From Pseudovibrio sp. Tun.PSC04-5.I4 (GTDB lineage: Bacteria; Pseudomonadota; Alphaproteobacteria; Rhizobiales; Stappiaceae), in NCBI RefSeq assembly GCF_900104145.1, contig NZ_FNLB01000001.1, forward strand, positions 536,823-560,822: a DNA stretch of 24,000 bases, read 5' to 3'. Positions 1 to 8,020 of the stretch are shown piece by piece; the first letter of the stretch is position 1, and each line of letters starts with the position of its first letter. A program made the position numbers and the translations under genes. Below the pieces are notes generated by a model. It worked only from the letters and a program-made list of their open reading frames with translations, was not told the DNA's origin and did not search any database.

Positions 1-1
1 C

Positions 2-586
2 GGGCTGGTAACGCCAACGGAGACCGCCGTAATCGCCAGTGTCTATGCTCTGTTGGTTGGTGCCTTTGTCTACCGCAAATTGCGGTTGCGGGATGTGCCG
101 CGCATCGTCATTGACAGCGCCATCTCATCCGCCGCCATTCTGGCCCTTGTTGGCTTTGCAAACGTGTTTGGCTGGATCCTGGTTTCAGAACGCATTCCAC
201 AAATGATCGCGGATGCTGTGCTCGGGTTTACGACCAACAAATATGCCGTGATCCTGCTCATCAACTTGCTGCTGCTGTTTGTTGGCATGTTCATGGAAAC
301 AATCGCCGCGCTGATCATTCTGTTCGTTCCGCTGTTGCAGTTGGCGACCAGTGTTGGCGTCGAACCTTTGCACTTTGCGACATTCGCGGTTCTCAATCTG
401 ATGCTCGGACTGACAACACCACCTGTTGGTGTATGCCTGTTCGTTTGTGGTGGCATTGCCAAGTTGCCGCTCTCTAAAATTGTTAGGGCGATCTTGCCCT
501 TCCTATTCTCCAACCTGCTGGTTCTGCTGATGGTTAGTTATATTCCTTCCCTGGCAACCTGGTTGCCTAACTACCTGATGCCATAA
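2..586 (+). CDS. TRAP transporter large permease subunit (DctM family), C-terminal part; 5' end lies outside the window
   Basis: The frame is open from base 2 (GLVTPTETAVIASVYALLVGAFVY...), upstream of the tracked ATG at 53. The sequence is hydrophobic and multi-TM. The C-terminus ...IPSLATWLPNYLMP parallels the complete DctM-type protein at 17090-18406 (...FPQLATWLPDVVMG). Confidence 0.8.
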   Translation, partial: GLVTPTETAVIASVYALLVGAFVYRKLRLRDVPRIVIDSAISSAAILALVGFANVFGWILVSERIPQMIADAVLGFTTNKYAVILLINLLLLFVGMFMETIAALIILFVPLLQLATSVGVEPLHFATFAVLNLMLGLTTPPVGVCLFVCGGIAKLPLSKIVRAILPFLFSNLLVLLMVSYIPSLATWLPNYLMP

Positions 587-651
587 CAGAAAGAGGCAAG
601 GCTCTCCCCCTTGCCTCTCCCCTATTTACGTTTGGACGGAGCATACTCCCC

Positions 652-1704
652 ATGACTGACGCCAGAACAATGCTGAGTTTTTCGATTGAAACCGAGACCA
701 AAAAAGGTGTGATCGAACAGCCAGTTCCCGTGCCGGGCCCGGGCGAAGTGCTCATCAAAATGTCAGTGGTTGGGATCTGCGGTTCAGATATTCACTATTA
801 CAGATCTGCCGCTTGTGGTGCCTTCCAGATCCGTGAGGCATTTACTCCCGGTCACGAAGCTTGCGGCGTTGTCGAAGCGCTTGGAGACGGTGTTACCGGG
901 CTTGAAGTTGGCCAGCTGAGCGCCATCAACCCTTCCAGAACCTGCGGTGAGTGTAGCCATTGTTTGGACGGCGATAATCACCTTTGCACCAACAACGGCT
1001 TTATGGGGTCCGCGTCTCGCTTCCCGCACAGCCAGGGCATGATGAAAGAGTATTTCCTCGTAAAGCAGGGCCAATGTTACCCTGTTCCTGACGAAACGCC
1101 AGTAGAGCAACTCGCTTGTGCCGAGCCCTTCTCCGTTGCCCTTCATGCTTTACAGCGCGCCGGTAATTTGTTCGGCAAACGCGTATTGATTGTTGGCGGC
1201 GGGACCATTGGTCAGCTTGCAGCCATCGGGGCCAAGTTGGCTGGAGCAAGCTTTGTTGCGTTGTCCGACCCGACCGAACATGCCCGCACAGTTGCCCAGC
1301 AGGTTGGCGTGGATGTATCCGTGGATTCATTGTTGCCGCTGGATCAGAAGCTGGACACGCTCGGCCTGTTTGACGTGTGCCTTGAAGCGGCTGGTGCAGA
1401 GCCAGCCTTGGCTGACTGCATTGAGCTGCTAAAACGCAAGGGCGTTATTGTTCAAATCGGGACTTTGCCGATCATGCAAGGCCGCGCAAACTTCAACGCT
1501 ATCATGGCGAAGGAACTGGATTACCGCGGCTCATTCAGGTTCCATCAGGAATTCCGCCATGCGGTTGAATTGATTGTGAGCGGCAAGGTTGACCTGTCCC
1601 CGATCTTGTCCGGGTCCTACCCCCTGTCTCAAGCATCAAAAGCCTTTGACAGAGCCGTAGAAGGCGGCACAGCAACCAAATTGACGGTGCTGGCAGAACG
1701 ATAA
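652..1704 (+). CDS. Zn-dependent medium-chain dehydrogenase, L-idonate 5-dehydrogenase (IdnD) / sorbitol dehydrogenase-like
   Basis: 350 aa. Carries MDR motifs GICGSDIHYY and GHEACGVV, the structural-Zn Cys cluster CGECSHCLDGDNHLC, and the Rossmann motif VGGGTIG. The blocks FMGSASRFPH and GSFRFHQEF resemble E. coli IdnD as I recall it. GGAG lies about 12 nt upstream of the ATG. Confidence 0.8.
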   Translation: MTDARTMLSFSIETETKKGVIEQPVPVPGPGEVLIKMSVVGICGSDIHYYRSAACGAFQIREAFTPGHEACGVVEALGDGVTGLEVGQLSAINPSRTCGECSHCLDGDNHLCTNNGFMGSASRFPHSQGMMKEYFLVKQGQCYPVPDETPVEQLACAEPFSVALHALQRAGNLFGKRVLIVGGGTIGQLAAIGAKLAGASFVALSDPTEHARTVAQQVGVDVSVDSLLPLDQKLDTLGLFDVCLEAAGAEPALADCIELLKRKGVIVQIGTLPIMQGRANFNAIMAKELDYRGSFRFHQEFRHAVELIVSGKVDLSPILSGSYPLSQASKAFDRAVEGGTATKLTVLAER

Positions 1705-2099
1705 GTTTCTGGGTGATGTGAGCAATGACGGCGAGCCAACTAACGCATGAGTGAAGCTTATGGAAAGGTAAAAGGGTGGTGATTGAGAAGAACGGTCTCA
1801 CCCTCGTGATAAAGTATATCAAACCCATCCTTGAGGTATTCAAAGAACTGACCTGCCGTCAGGCAGCTCAAGATTCAACAGGCACCCCGGAGCGTTTCGT
1901 CGGCATGCAATTACAGCGGCGCTCACCGGATTCATCGACTGCAATTCCACCCGCCTTCGCCATACCTTCCAGCGTTTTCTCCAAAACTGCGGTTTCAAAC
2001 GGACCAGGCAAAAATGTTGTTGATTGTCACATTGCTATGGGCAGCCTGCCGCGCCAAACCTAACTAGTTTATTTCCCAATCACTCAATTTGAGATTGCT

Positions 2100-3266
2100 T
2101 TATGGAAATGCTGCTAAGGCAACTCCGGTGCGTAATGTGCCGGTTACGGGTGATACAAGTATGCTGATGAATTTATTGATCTCTGAGACGGATGCATTGG
2201 CAACGTAAATCACATCCTTGTCTTTAATCTCAAAGGCTTGTGTTAAGAACAGTCCGCTAGGTTCTTGGAGGTTGATCCGATACACAATCGGCACTGTCTT
2301 AAACTCGTTATGCTGCTCTTGTGGTGGTAGCAATGGCATCATTTTTTGCCGGTCTTCAAAGCGGAACAGAAATACGCCGGAGGCATCTGCTGTTCCATCG
2401 TGTAGGCCGCCTGACATTCCAATAGCTTCTGACAGGCTGACACGTGAAGCTGGAAAATTTTGCTTTTTACGTTGAACCACAGCACCGAATACGGTGAACG
2501 ACTTTGGCTGATGAGAGACGCTCACAATGTCACGAGGCTGTAACCAGATGTTATTTGCAGTTTGCTCGGCAAGGTCGTCTAGGCCAAATCTAAATTTGCT
2601 TTTGTCTCGAACGACAGTGATCTTAGTCTCATAATCTGGGTGTCGCGTGCCTCCAGCTTCTGAAATCACTTCCACAAGGCTTAAGCCATCCTCGTGGACA
2701 CGATACTGCCCTGACCTTGCAACATCTCCGATAACAACAACCTGATGAGATCCATTTGCCTGCAGGTTTACAACAACTTGCGGGTCGACCGCTTTGCCTT
2801 TAAGTCCCGCCATGATTTGTTTTCGGACTTGTGAGATCGTCTTATTCTCAACATCAAGTTCACCCACGTAGGGAACAAAGATCTGGCCTTCATCATCGAC
2901 AACCAAGGCTAACTCGGTTCGTTTCTGGCCTTGGGTTGAAAAAAGTCCGTCCGTAATGGATTCCCAAATGCCGACAGAGAGTTGGTCTCCTACTCCAACT
3001 CGGATCGCACTTCGCTTTCCTTTGGCGACGCGAAACTCTTTGGGAGGGAGATTGTCAGCATATTTGGAAAGGTGTTGAACTGTCGGGACATCCACGTCCA
3101 GCATCACGTAATCGAGGACACGTTTGTCCTGCTGTGACATTGCTGTCTCAACTTGATAAGCACTTGGGCCATATCCGGGAACCTCCGAGCAACCAACCAA
3201 AGTCAGAAGTGCGATGGCCGCCACAAAAGACCCAAATCGGCATGATGTATGCGAGCGTTTTTTCAC
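2100..3266 (-). CDS. polysaccharide export outer-membrane lipoprotein (Wza/OPX family, Poly_export + SLBB domains)
   Basis: 388 aa with a GTG start and AGGA 7 nt upstream. The signal peptide has the lipobox LLTLVGC. The remainder is typical of OPX proteins (IRVGVGDQLSVGIWE..., FVPYVGELDV..KTISQVRKQI, SLBB-like repeats). Confidence 0.85.
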   Translation of the reverse strand: MKKRSHTSCRFGSFVAAIALLTLVGCSEVPGYGPSAYQVETAMSQQDKRVLDYVMLDVDVPTVQHLSKYADNLPPKEFRVAKGKRSAIRVGVGDQLSVGIWESITDGLFSTQGQKRTELALVVDDEGQIFVPYVGELDVENKTISQVRKQIMAGLKGKAVDPQVVVNLQANGSHQVVVIGDVARSGQYRVHEDGLSLVEVISEAGGTRHPDYETKITVVRDKSKFRFGLDDLAEQTANNIWLQPRDIVSVSHQPKSFTVFGAVVQRKKQNFPASRVSLSEAIGMSGGLHDGTADASGVFLFRFEDRQKMMPLLPPQEQHNEFKTVPIVYRINLQEPSGLFLTQAFEIKDKDVIYVANASVSEINKFISILVSPVTGTLRTGVALAAFP

Positions 3267-3424
3267 AAATGAATCCTGCAGTATTCGCGGGATTCGGAGT
3301 AGCTATTGTATTTGAGTGTTGCGCAAATCGCGCAGCTCTATTTCGGGAGTAGTTAGTGCTACAGGTGAGCTTGCTTCGACAGATATAAGGTAACCTGAAT
3401 CTCGTTTTTCGTGTTCAAATGAGG

Positions 3425-3454
3425 GCAATGCCTGCGTTGGACTGCAGGCATTGC
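3425..3454 (-). terminator. perfect 11-bp stem hairpin downstream of ridA (GCAATGCCTGC-N8-GCAGGCATTGC)
   Basis: Read directly from the sequence. It starts 17 nt after the ridA stop, and only a weak T-tract follows on the minus strand. It separates the ridA transcript from the wza gene. Confidence 0.5.
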
Positions 3455-3470
3455 GGGGTAACTCCTGTCC

Positions 3471-3854
3471 TTATTTAGGGCAGGCGATCATTTCGATTTC
3501 TACAAGTGCGTCTTTTGGCAAGCGTGCAACTTCAACACAGGAACGAGCTGGGAATGGTGCATTGTTGTCTTCAAAGAATTTGCCGTAAACTTCGTTCACA
3601 CGGCCAAAATCATTCAAATCTTTCACGAAAACGGTTGTTTTCATGATGTTAGCAGCCGCAAGACCAGCAGCTTCTACAATCGCCAAACCGTTCTTCAAGG
3701 ACTGAAGGGTCTGGTCAGCTACGTCCGCTGGCATTTCACCTGTTTCCGGATTGATTGGCAGCTGGCCTGATGTGATGATCATGGAACCAAGGTTTACGCC
3801 CTGTACATATGGACCAATCGCTGCAGGAGCTTTGGAGGTATCAATCGCAGTCAT
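3471..3854 (-). CDS. ridA: RidA/YjgF/TdcF-family reactive enamine/imine deaminase
   Basis: 127 aa starting MTAIDTSKAPAAIGPYVQG... and ending ...ARSCVEVARLPKDALVEIEMIA, a classical RidA sequence. I chose the internal ATG at 3854 (SD GAGGAAAG) rather than the tracked start at 3923, which would overlap the pdxY 3' end. Confidence 0.9.
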   Translation of the reverse strand: MTAIDTSKAPAAIGPYVQGVNLGSMIITSGQLPINPETGEMPADVADQTLQSLKNGLAIVEAAGLAAANIMKTTVFVKDLNDFGRVNEVYGKFFEDNNAPFPARSCVEVARLPKDALVEIEMIACPK

Positions 3855-3864
3855 TTTCTTTCCT

Positions 3865-4719
3865 CTATAGAGTTTTGAGTTTGAACACATCTGATGGGGA
3901 GATGAATTCATTTTGAGCGGCAATCGTTTGCAGCTCCCACTCAGCTTTATCGTGTGTGGCTTTTAGAATGCCGTAGACCGCATTGTTGCAGTGCTCAAAC
4001 GCTTCTACGGCAGTCGCGCCGTTCAGATAACCAGCGGCAAATACGGATGTTATCAAGTCGCCAACGCCAACAGGCTGACGATCAAACGATAAATGCGGGC
4101 GCTGCGCCAAATAATTGCCGTCCGGCGTTGCCAACATCATCGTAAATGCTTCATCGGAAACGCTGTGCAAATGTTTGGCAAGGACCATCTTGGGGCCTTT
4201 TTCGCGGGCAATTGTGCAAGCGCGCTCAGCTTCCTCTAGGGAGGAGATCGGCTCACCGATAAACTGAGACAGCTCAAACTGGTTCGGTACGATCACATCT
4301 GCCATTGGCAACAGTTTGCTGACCAACAGTTCCGCAACACCTTCGCTGACGATGCAGCCTTTGTCAGGCGCTCCCATCACGGGGTCACAAAAATAGAGGC
4401 AATCCGGGTTGTGGCGACGAACTTCGCTCACAATATCGGCAATGACATCGCAGTGAGACGCGCCGCCGAGGTAGCCCGTTACAATTCCTTTGATCTGGGA
4501 AAGAACGTTAAGTTTGGAGAGGCCTTCAAACATTTCAGCAATTTGTTTTGCGTCATGAGCCTGCCCAGTCCAGCCTTGAGGATGCTGGGTGTGGTTTGAA
4601 AACTGGACCGTATTGATCGCCCAGACTTCGTGCCCCATCCGTTGCATCGGAAATACGGCGCAGCCATTGCCAGCATGGCCGTAAGTAACGTGAGACTGAA
4701 TCGAGAGTATGCCTCTCAT
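3865..4719 (-). CDS. pdxY: pyridoxal kinase (PdxY type)
   Basis: 284 aa. The N-terminus ILSIQSHVTYGHAGNGCAVFPMQRMGHEVWAINTVQFSNHTQHPQGWTG is closely similar to E. coli PdxY as recalled. Ribokinase-fold C-terminal motif VGVGDL. SD AGGGGA upstream. Confidence 0.9.
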   Translation of the reverse strand: MRGILSIQSHVTYGHAGNGCAVFPMQRMGHEVWAINTVQFSNHTQHPQGWTGQAHDAKQIAEMFEGLSKLNVLSQIKGIVTGYLGGASHCDVIADIVSEVRRHNPDCLYFCDPVMGAPDKGCIVSEGVAELLVSKLLPMADVIVPNQFELSQFIGEPISSLEEAERACTIAREKGPKMVLAKHLHSVSDEAFTMMLATPDGNYLAQRPHLSFDRQPVGVGDLITSVFAAGYLNGATAVEAFEHCNNAVYGILKATHDKAEWELQTIAAQNEFISPSDVFKLKTL

Positions 4720-4739
4720 GGTTCTATTCCCCTTTGATA

Positions 4740-4765
4740 CTGAGGTTCACACCAGTGAACCTCAG
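4740..4765 (-). promoter_or_regulatory. 11-bp perfect hairpin between tnaB and pdxY (CTGAGGTTCAC-acca-GTGAACCTCAG)
   Basis: Read directly. It starts 28 nt after the tnaB stop and ends 20 nt before the pdxY ATG. The T-rich tail is on the plus strand, not in the direction of transcription. It is therefore more likely a processing, stability or partial-termination element than a full terminator. Confidence 0.4.
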
Positions 4766-4793
4766 TTGTGTTTGTTGAGTTCAGATCTACTTG

Positions 4794-6071
4794 TTATGGG
4801 TAAACAGGTAGAAGGTTGAACATTCCTAGAATGTGGCTGGTACCAACGACCACACCGAAGCCGAAGATGATCCAGACCAATGTCTCACCACCCCATACAC
4901 GGAACTGGGGATTGCCAAATTTCTTACGGCTGACACGAACCATTAGCGATGGAACAATTGCTGTCCAGATGGTTGCAGCAAGACCGGCGTAACCAATTGC
5001 AATGATGAACCCATTTGGAAAGAAGATGCCGCCAATGAGCGGTGGCACGAAGGTGACTGCTGCCGTTTTTAAACGACCTTCTTTACTGTCGTCGAAATTC
5101 AACAAGTCAGCAAGGAAATCGAACAGACCAAGCGCCACGCCAAGGAAAGAACTGGCGACTGCCATGTTACCGAAAGCTGACAGCATGTTGGAAGCTGAAG
5201 TGCTTTCAACTGCACGGCCAAGTGCATCAACAAGAACTCCGATGTTACCGCCCTGTTCAATCACAGGTGCAAAGTCTGCACGGGAGATATTACCCAATGT
5301 TGCAAACAGCCAGATGATGTAAAGAAGCAGTGCAAGAACAGTCCCTGTGCCCAGACACATGACGATCTTTTTCGGATCTTTGCCGTAATACTTCATCAGG
5401 CTTGGTACGTTGTGGTGGTAGCCAAATGATGCAAGGCAGAACGGAAGAGCTGCAAATAGGAACGGGAAGTAACTGCCCGTACTCATGCCGCTTTCGGTAT
5501 CAAAGAAGATCGCAGCCTTCATGTTGAAAGTGTAACCAGTCACGGACATGAAGAACGTGACGATCATACCGCCAAGCAAAATAGTGGTAATGCGATCAAC
5601 AGCTTTGGTAGACCACCAGACGAAGAATGCGAGACCTACCGCAAACATCAGTCCGGCCAGAATCTGCGGTGGTGCAAAACCGACAGTTGCTTCCAAAGTA
5701 TGTACGACAATGGAACCGCCGCCAGAGATGTATGCATAACAAAGGATATAACCAACGAAGGCTACTGCTATGTTATTAATGGTGTTCCACCTTTTCCCAA
5801 GGGTGTCTTTTACCATTGTGTCGAAGCTTGAGCCGACTGGGTAATTCAGGTTTGTTTCAAGGATCATCAAACCGGAATGCAACATGCAGAACCATGTGAA
5901 TACCAGTGCGGCAATTGCCCAGATGCTCCACATACCGGCGCTAACCGTCGGTACAGAAAACATACCAGCGCCGACTGCGGTGCCGGCAATAATCATCGCT
6001 CCTCCCAAGAACGATGGACTGACTTTTGTAGCGGTGCCAGTTAATCCGCTTAGTTGTGTGCCCTCAGACAT
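4794..6071 (-). CDS. tnaB: tryptophan-specific permease (HAAAP family, TnaB/Mtr/TyrP type)
   Basis: 425 aa, polytopic. Blocks [41 protein letters not shown] and [20 protein letters not shown] match E. coli TnaB/Mtr as recalled. It lies immediately downstream of tnaA on the same strand. SD GGGAGA. Confidence 0.85.
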   Translation of the reverse strand: MSEGTQLSGLTGTATKVSPSFLGGAMIIAGTAVGAGMFSVPTVSAGMWSIWAIAALVFTWFCMLHSGLMILETNLNYPVGSSFDTMVKDTLGKRWNTINNIAVAFVGYILCYAYISGGGSIVVHTLEATVGFAPPQILAGLMFAVGLAFFVWWSTKAVDRITTILLGGMIVTFFMSVTGYTFNMKAAIFFDTESGMSTGSYFPFLFAALPFCLASFGYHHNVPSLMKYYGKDPKKIVMCLGTGTVLALLLYIIWLFATLGNISRADFAPVIEQGGNIGVLVDALGRAVESTSASNMLSAFGNMAVASSFLGVALGLFDFLADLLNFDDSKEGRLKTAAVTFVPPLIGGIFFPNGFIIAIGYAGLAATIWTAIVPSLMVRVSRKKFGNPQFRVWGGETLVWIIFGFGVVVGTSHILGMFNLLPVYP

Positions 6072-6151
6072 TTACTTCTCTCCCGTGAAGTAGTGTGTGT
6101 ATATCCGTGAGGAATAGGAAGGCGCCGAGCAGCGCCTCCCTTGCAATCAAA

Positions 6152-7552
6152 TTACTTGATTGGTTTTAGGCGTGCAGTGAAGTGACGCAGCACAGGTGGC
6201 TCGTAATCAAACTCGAAACCTTTGATATTAGCTGCGTTTTTCGTAACTTCAATCAAAGCATCTGCGATGTAGTCCATATGATCGTTGGTGTAAACACGAC
6301 GTGGAATGGCCAAACGCATCAGTTCAAGTGGAGCATCTTTCTGTTTGCCCGTTGCAGGGTCACGGCCCAGCAGGAAGGAACCAATTTCTACCGGACGAAC
6401 GCCAGCTTCAAGGTACAGCGCGTTACACAGAGCCTGTGCAGGGAACTGATCACCTGGAATATGTGGCAAGATCTTGCGAGCATCTACAAATACTGCGTGA
6501 CCACCCGTTGGGTACTGAATAGGAACACCGCCCTCAAGAAGACGTTCGCCCAAGTATTTAACCTGAGAAATACGGTAATGAAGGAAATCTTCGTCCGCAC
6601 CCTCATGCAAACCTTGCGCCATTGCTTCCATGTCGCGACCAGCAAGGCCGCCGTATGTTACGAAACCTTCAAGCGGAACACAAAGGGTCTGTGCAGCCTG
6701 GAAAAGCTCGGTTTTGTCACGGATTGCGATCATGCCACCGATGTTGACGATTGCATCTTTTTTAGCGGACATGGTGAGCATGTCGCCGTAGGAGTACATT
6801 TCGCGGATGATGTCGGTGATGGATTTGTCTGCGTAACCTTCTTCACGTTGCTTGATGAAGTAAGCATTCTCACAGTAACGTGCGGAATCGATCACAACAG
6901 GAATGTCGTTTTTCTGTGCGATCTCATAGACTGCGCGCATGTTAGCCATAGAAACTGGCTGACCGCCCGAGCTGTTGCAGGTTACGGTGGTGATGATTGC
7001 AGCTACGTTTTTGGAGCCAGCTTTTTCAATCTCAGCTTCCAGCTTGACGAGATCGAAATCACCTTTCCAGTCGTAGTAAGTTACTGTATCGAAAGCTTTT
7101 TCAGTAACAACGTTAACGGCCTTGCCGCCATTCAATTCAACGTGTGCAGCTGTTGTGTCGAAGTGGAAGTTGGAGATGAAAACTGGATTTTCACCACCGC
7201 GAACGGTTTCCATGCGCTTGATGAGACAAGGGAACAGGATCTGCTCTGCGCCGCGGCCCTGGTGGGTTGGGATCAAGTATTCGTAGTTGAAGAAATGCTG
7301 CATTGCATCCTTCAGATGGAAGAAGTTACGGGAGCCAGCGTAGGACTCGTCGCCCATCATCATGCCGGCCCACTGCTTGTCGGACATTGCACCGGTGCCA
7401 GAGTCAGTCAGAAGGTCGATGTAAACATCATCGCTGCGCAGCAGGAATGGGTTGTAACCAGCTTCAGCAAGCGCGGCTTCGCGTTGTGCCTTATTGGTCA
7501 TTTTGATAGGCTCAACCATTTTGATGCGGAACGGTTCTGGTATACGTTTCAT
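6152..7552 (-). CDS. tnaA: tryptophanase (tryptophan indole-lyase), PLP-dependent beta-eliminating lyase
   Basis: 466 aa from [15 protein letters not shown] (ATG at 7552, SD AAGGA 9 nt upstream). PLP-lysine motif MSAKKD. The C-terminus [16 protein letters not shown]...[26 protein letters not shown] is near-colinear with E. coli TnaA. The tracked 504-aa ORF adds 38 non-homologous N-terminal residues. Confidence 0.9.
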   Translation of the reverse strand: MKRIPEPFRIKMVEPIKMTNKAQREAALAEAGYNPFLLRSDDVYIDLLTDSGTGAMSDKQWAGMMMGDESYAGSRNFFHLKDAMQHFFNYEYLIPTHQGRGAEQILFPCLIKRMETVRGGENPVFISNFHFDTTAAHVELNGGKAVNVVTEKAFDTVTYYDWKGDFDLVKLEAEIEKAGSKNVAAIITTVTCNSSGGQPVSMANMRAVYEIAQKNDIPVVIDSARYCENAYFIKQREEGYADKSITDIIREMYSYGDMLTMSAKKDAIVNIGGMIAIRDKTELFQAAQTLCVPLEGFVTYGGLAGRDMEAMAQGLHEGADEDFLHYRISQVKYLGERLLEGGVPIQYPTGGHAVFVDARKILPHIPGDQFPAQALCNALYLEAGVRPVEIGSFLLGRDPATGKQKDAPLELMRLAIPRRVYTNDHMDYIADALIEVTKNAANIKGFEFDYEPPVLRHFTARLKPIK

Positions 7553-7841
7553 GGTCTTAGTCCTTAAGTAACGAGACGCGCAGGGTCGGTCGCTCTCCGA
7601 CCTCATAAACGCGAAGGGGATCATCTGCCTGAGATTGCAGGCGGTCTGATTTGGAATTTGAAACACATAGGCGGACAGCTTTTGGAATTGAATGAGACGG
7701 ACGCACCTGTCCTACTTACGACCCCGCAAGGAGGTCGAATTTTGCCCGAGAAGACACAAGGGTGGATGTAGATCTACCGTGGCTCCAAGTAAAATGGGCG
7801 TTCTTCATTCAATTGTTAAAGGGGCTGTGTGGCCTTTAGGC

Positions 7842-7946
7842 TTATGCGCAGGCGCTGGGGAAGTCATAAGCAAGACGAACATCTTGCGTATACCATGCCA
7901 GGCACTCTTTATTGCGATACTGAAGAACCAGTTCTGACCGGCTCAT
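7842..7946 (-). CDS. tnaC: candidate TnaC-like regulatory leader peptide (34 aa: MSRSELVLQYRNKECLAWYTQDVRLAYDFPSACA)
   Basis: Hand-translated; too short for the ORF track. ATG with GAGGG 8 nt upstream. It has a single Trp (W18), then D22 and P30. This reproduces the W-x3-D-x7-P spacing of E. coli TnaC (W12, D16, P24). Same strand as tnaA-tnaB and 289 nt upstream of tnaA. Confidence 0.45.
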   Translation of the reverse strand: MSRSELVLQYRNKECLAWYTQDVRLAYDFPSACA

Positions 7947-7989
7947 GACATAACCCTCATTTTTACTGCTTATCGTCTGATAGCAAAGG

Positions 7990-8020
7990 CATATGAATAC
8001 GGAACGGCCTTTGTTGTCAA
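7990..8020 (-). promoter_or_regulatory. possible sigma70-type promoter for the tna leader transcript
   Basis: The minus strand reads CTTGACA (the -35 hexamer TTGACA is the complement of 8015-8020), followed 17-18 nt later by TTCATAT. That would give a 5' UTR of roughly 35-45 nt before the leader ATG. This is pattern matching only. Confidence 0.3.

Noticed and set aside
1776-2063. A 95-aa plus-strand ORF between the Zn-ADH and wza genes
   Set aside because: No SD, a Pro/Ser/Ala-rich second half and no recognisable family, so it is not reported as a gene. It is mentioned only in the orphan-wza finding.
3855-3923. A longer RidA ORF starting at 3923 and overlapping the pdxY 3' end
   Set aside because: It uses a TTG start with non-homologous residues. 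The internal ATG at 3854 has a strong SD and gives the canonical RidA length of about 127 aa.
6182-7567. A 461-aa stop-free ORF on the plus strand covering almost all of tnaA
   Set aside because: It is in exact codon register with tnaA on the opposite strand. Its lack of stops therefore only means tnaA uses no TTA, CTA or TCA codons, a codon-bias effect. The predicted protein has no recognisable family features, whereas the minus-strand product is an unmistakable tryptophanase.
7553-7666. A 38-codon N-terminal extension of tnaA given by the ORF track (start at 7666)
   Set aside because: Homology to tryptophanases starts at [10 protein letters not shown]. The ATG at 7552 has AAGGA 9 nt upstream. 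The extension has no counterpart in TnaA/TPL proteins.
7716-7808. A second small minus-strand ORF in the tna spacer (MKNAHFTWSHGRSTSTLVSSRAKFDLLAGS) as an alternative leader
   Set aside because: It contains a Trp but has no SD upstream and lacks the W-x3-D-x7-P spacing. The 7842-7946 ORF is the better candidate.
7692-7937. An 81-aa plus-strand ORF in the tna leader region
   Set aside because: No SD and no recognisable sequence. It lies antisense to the candidate leader ORF and spacer. It is more likely fortuitous.
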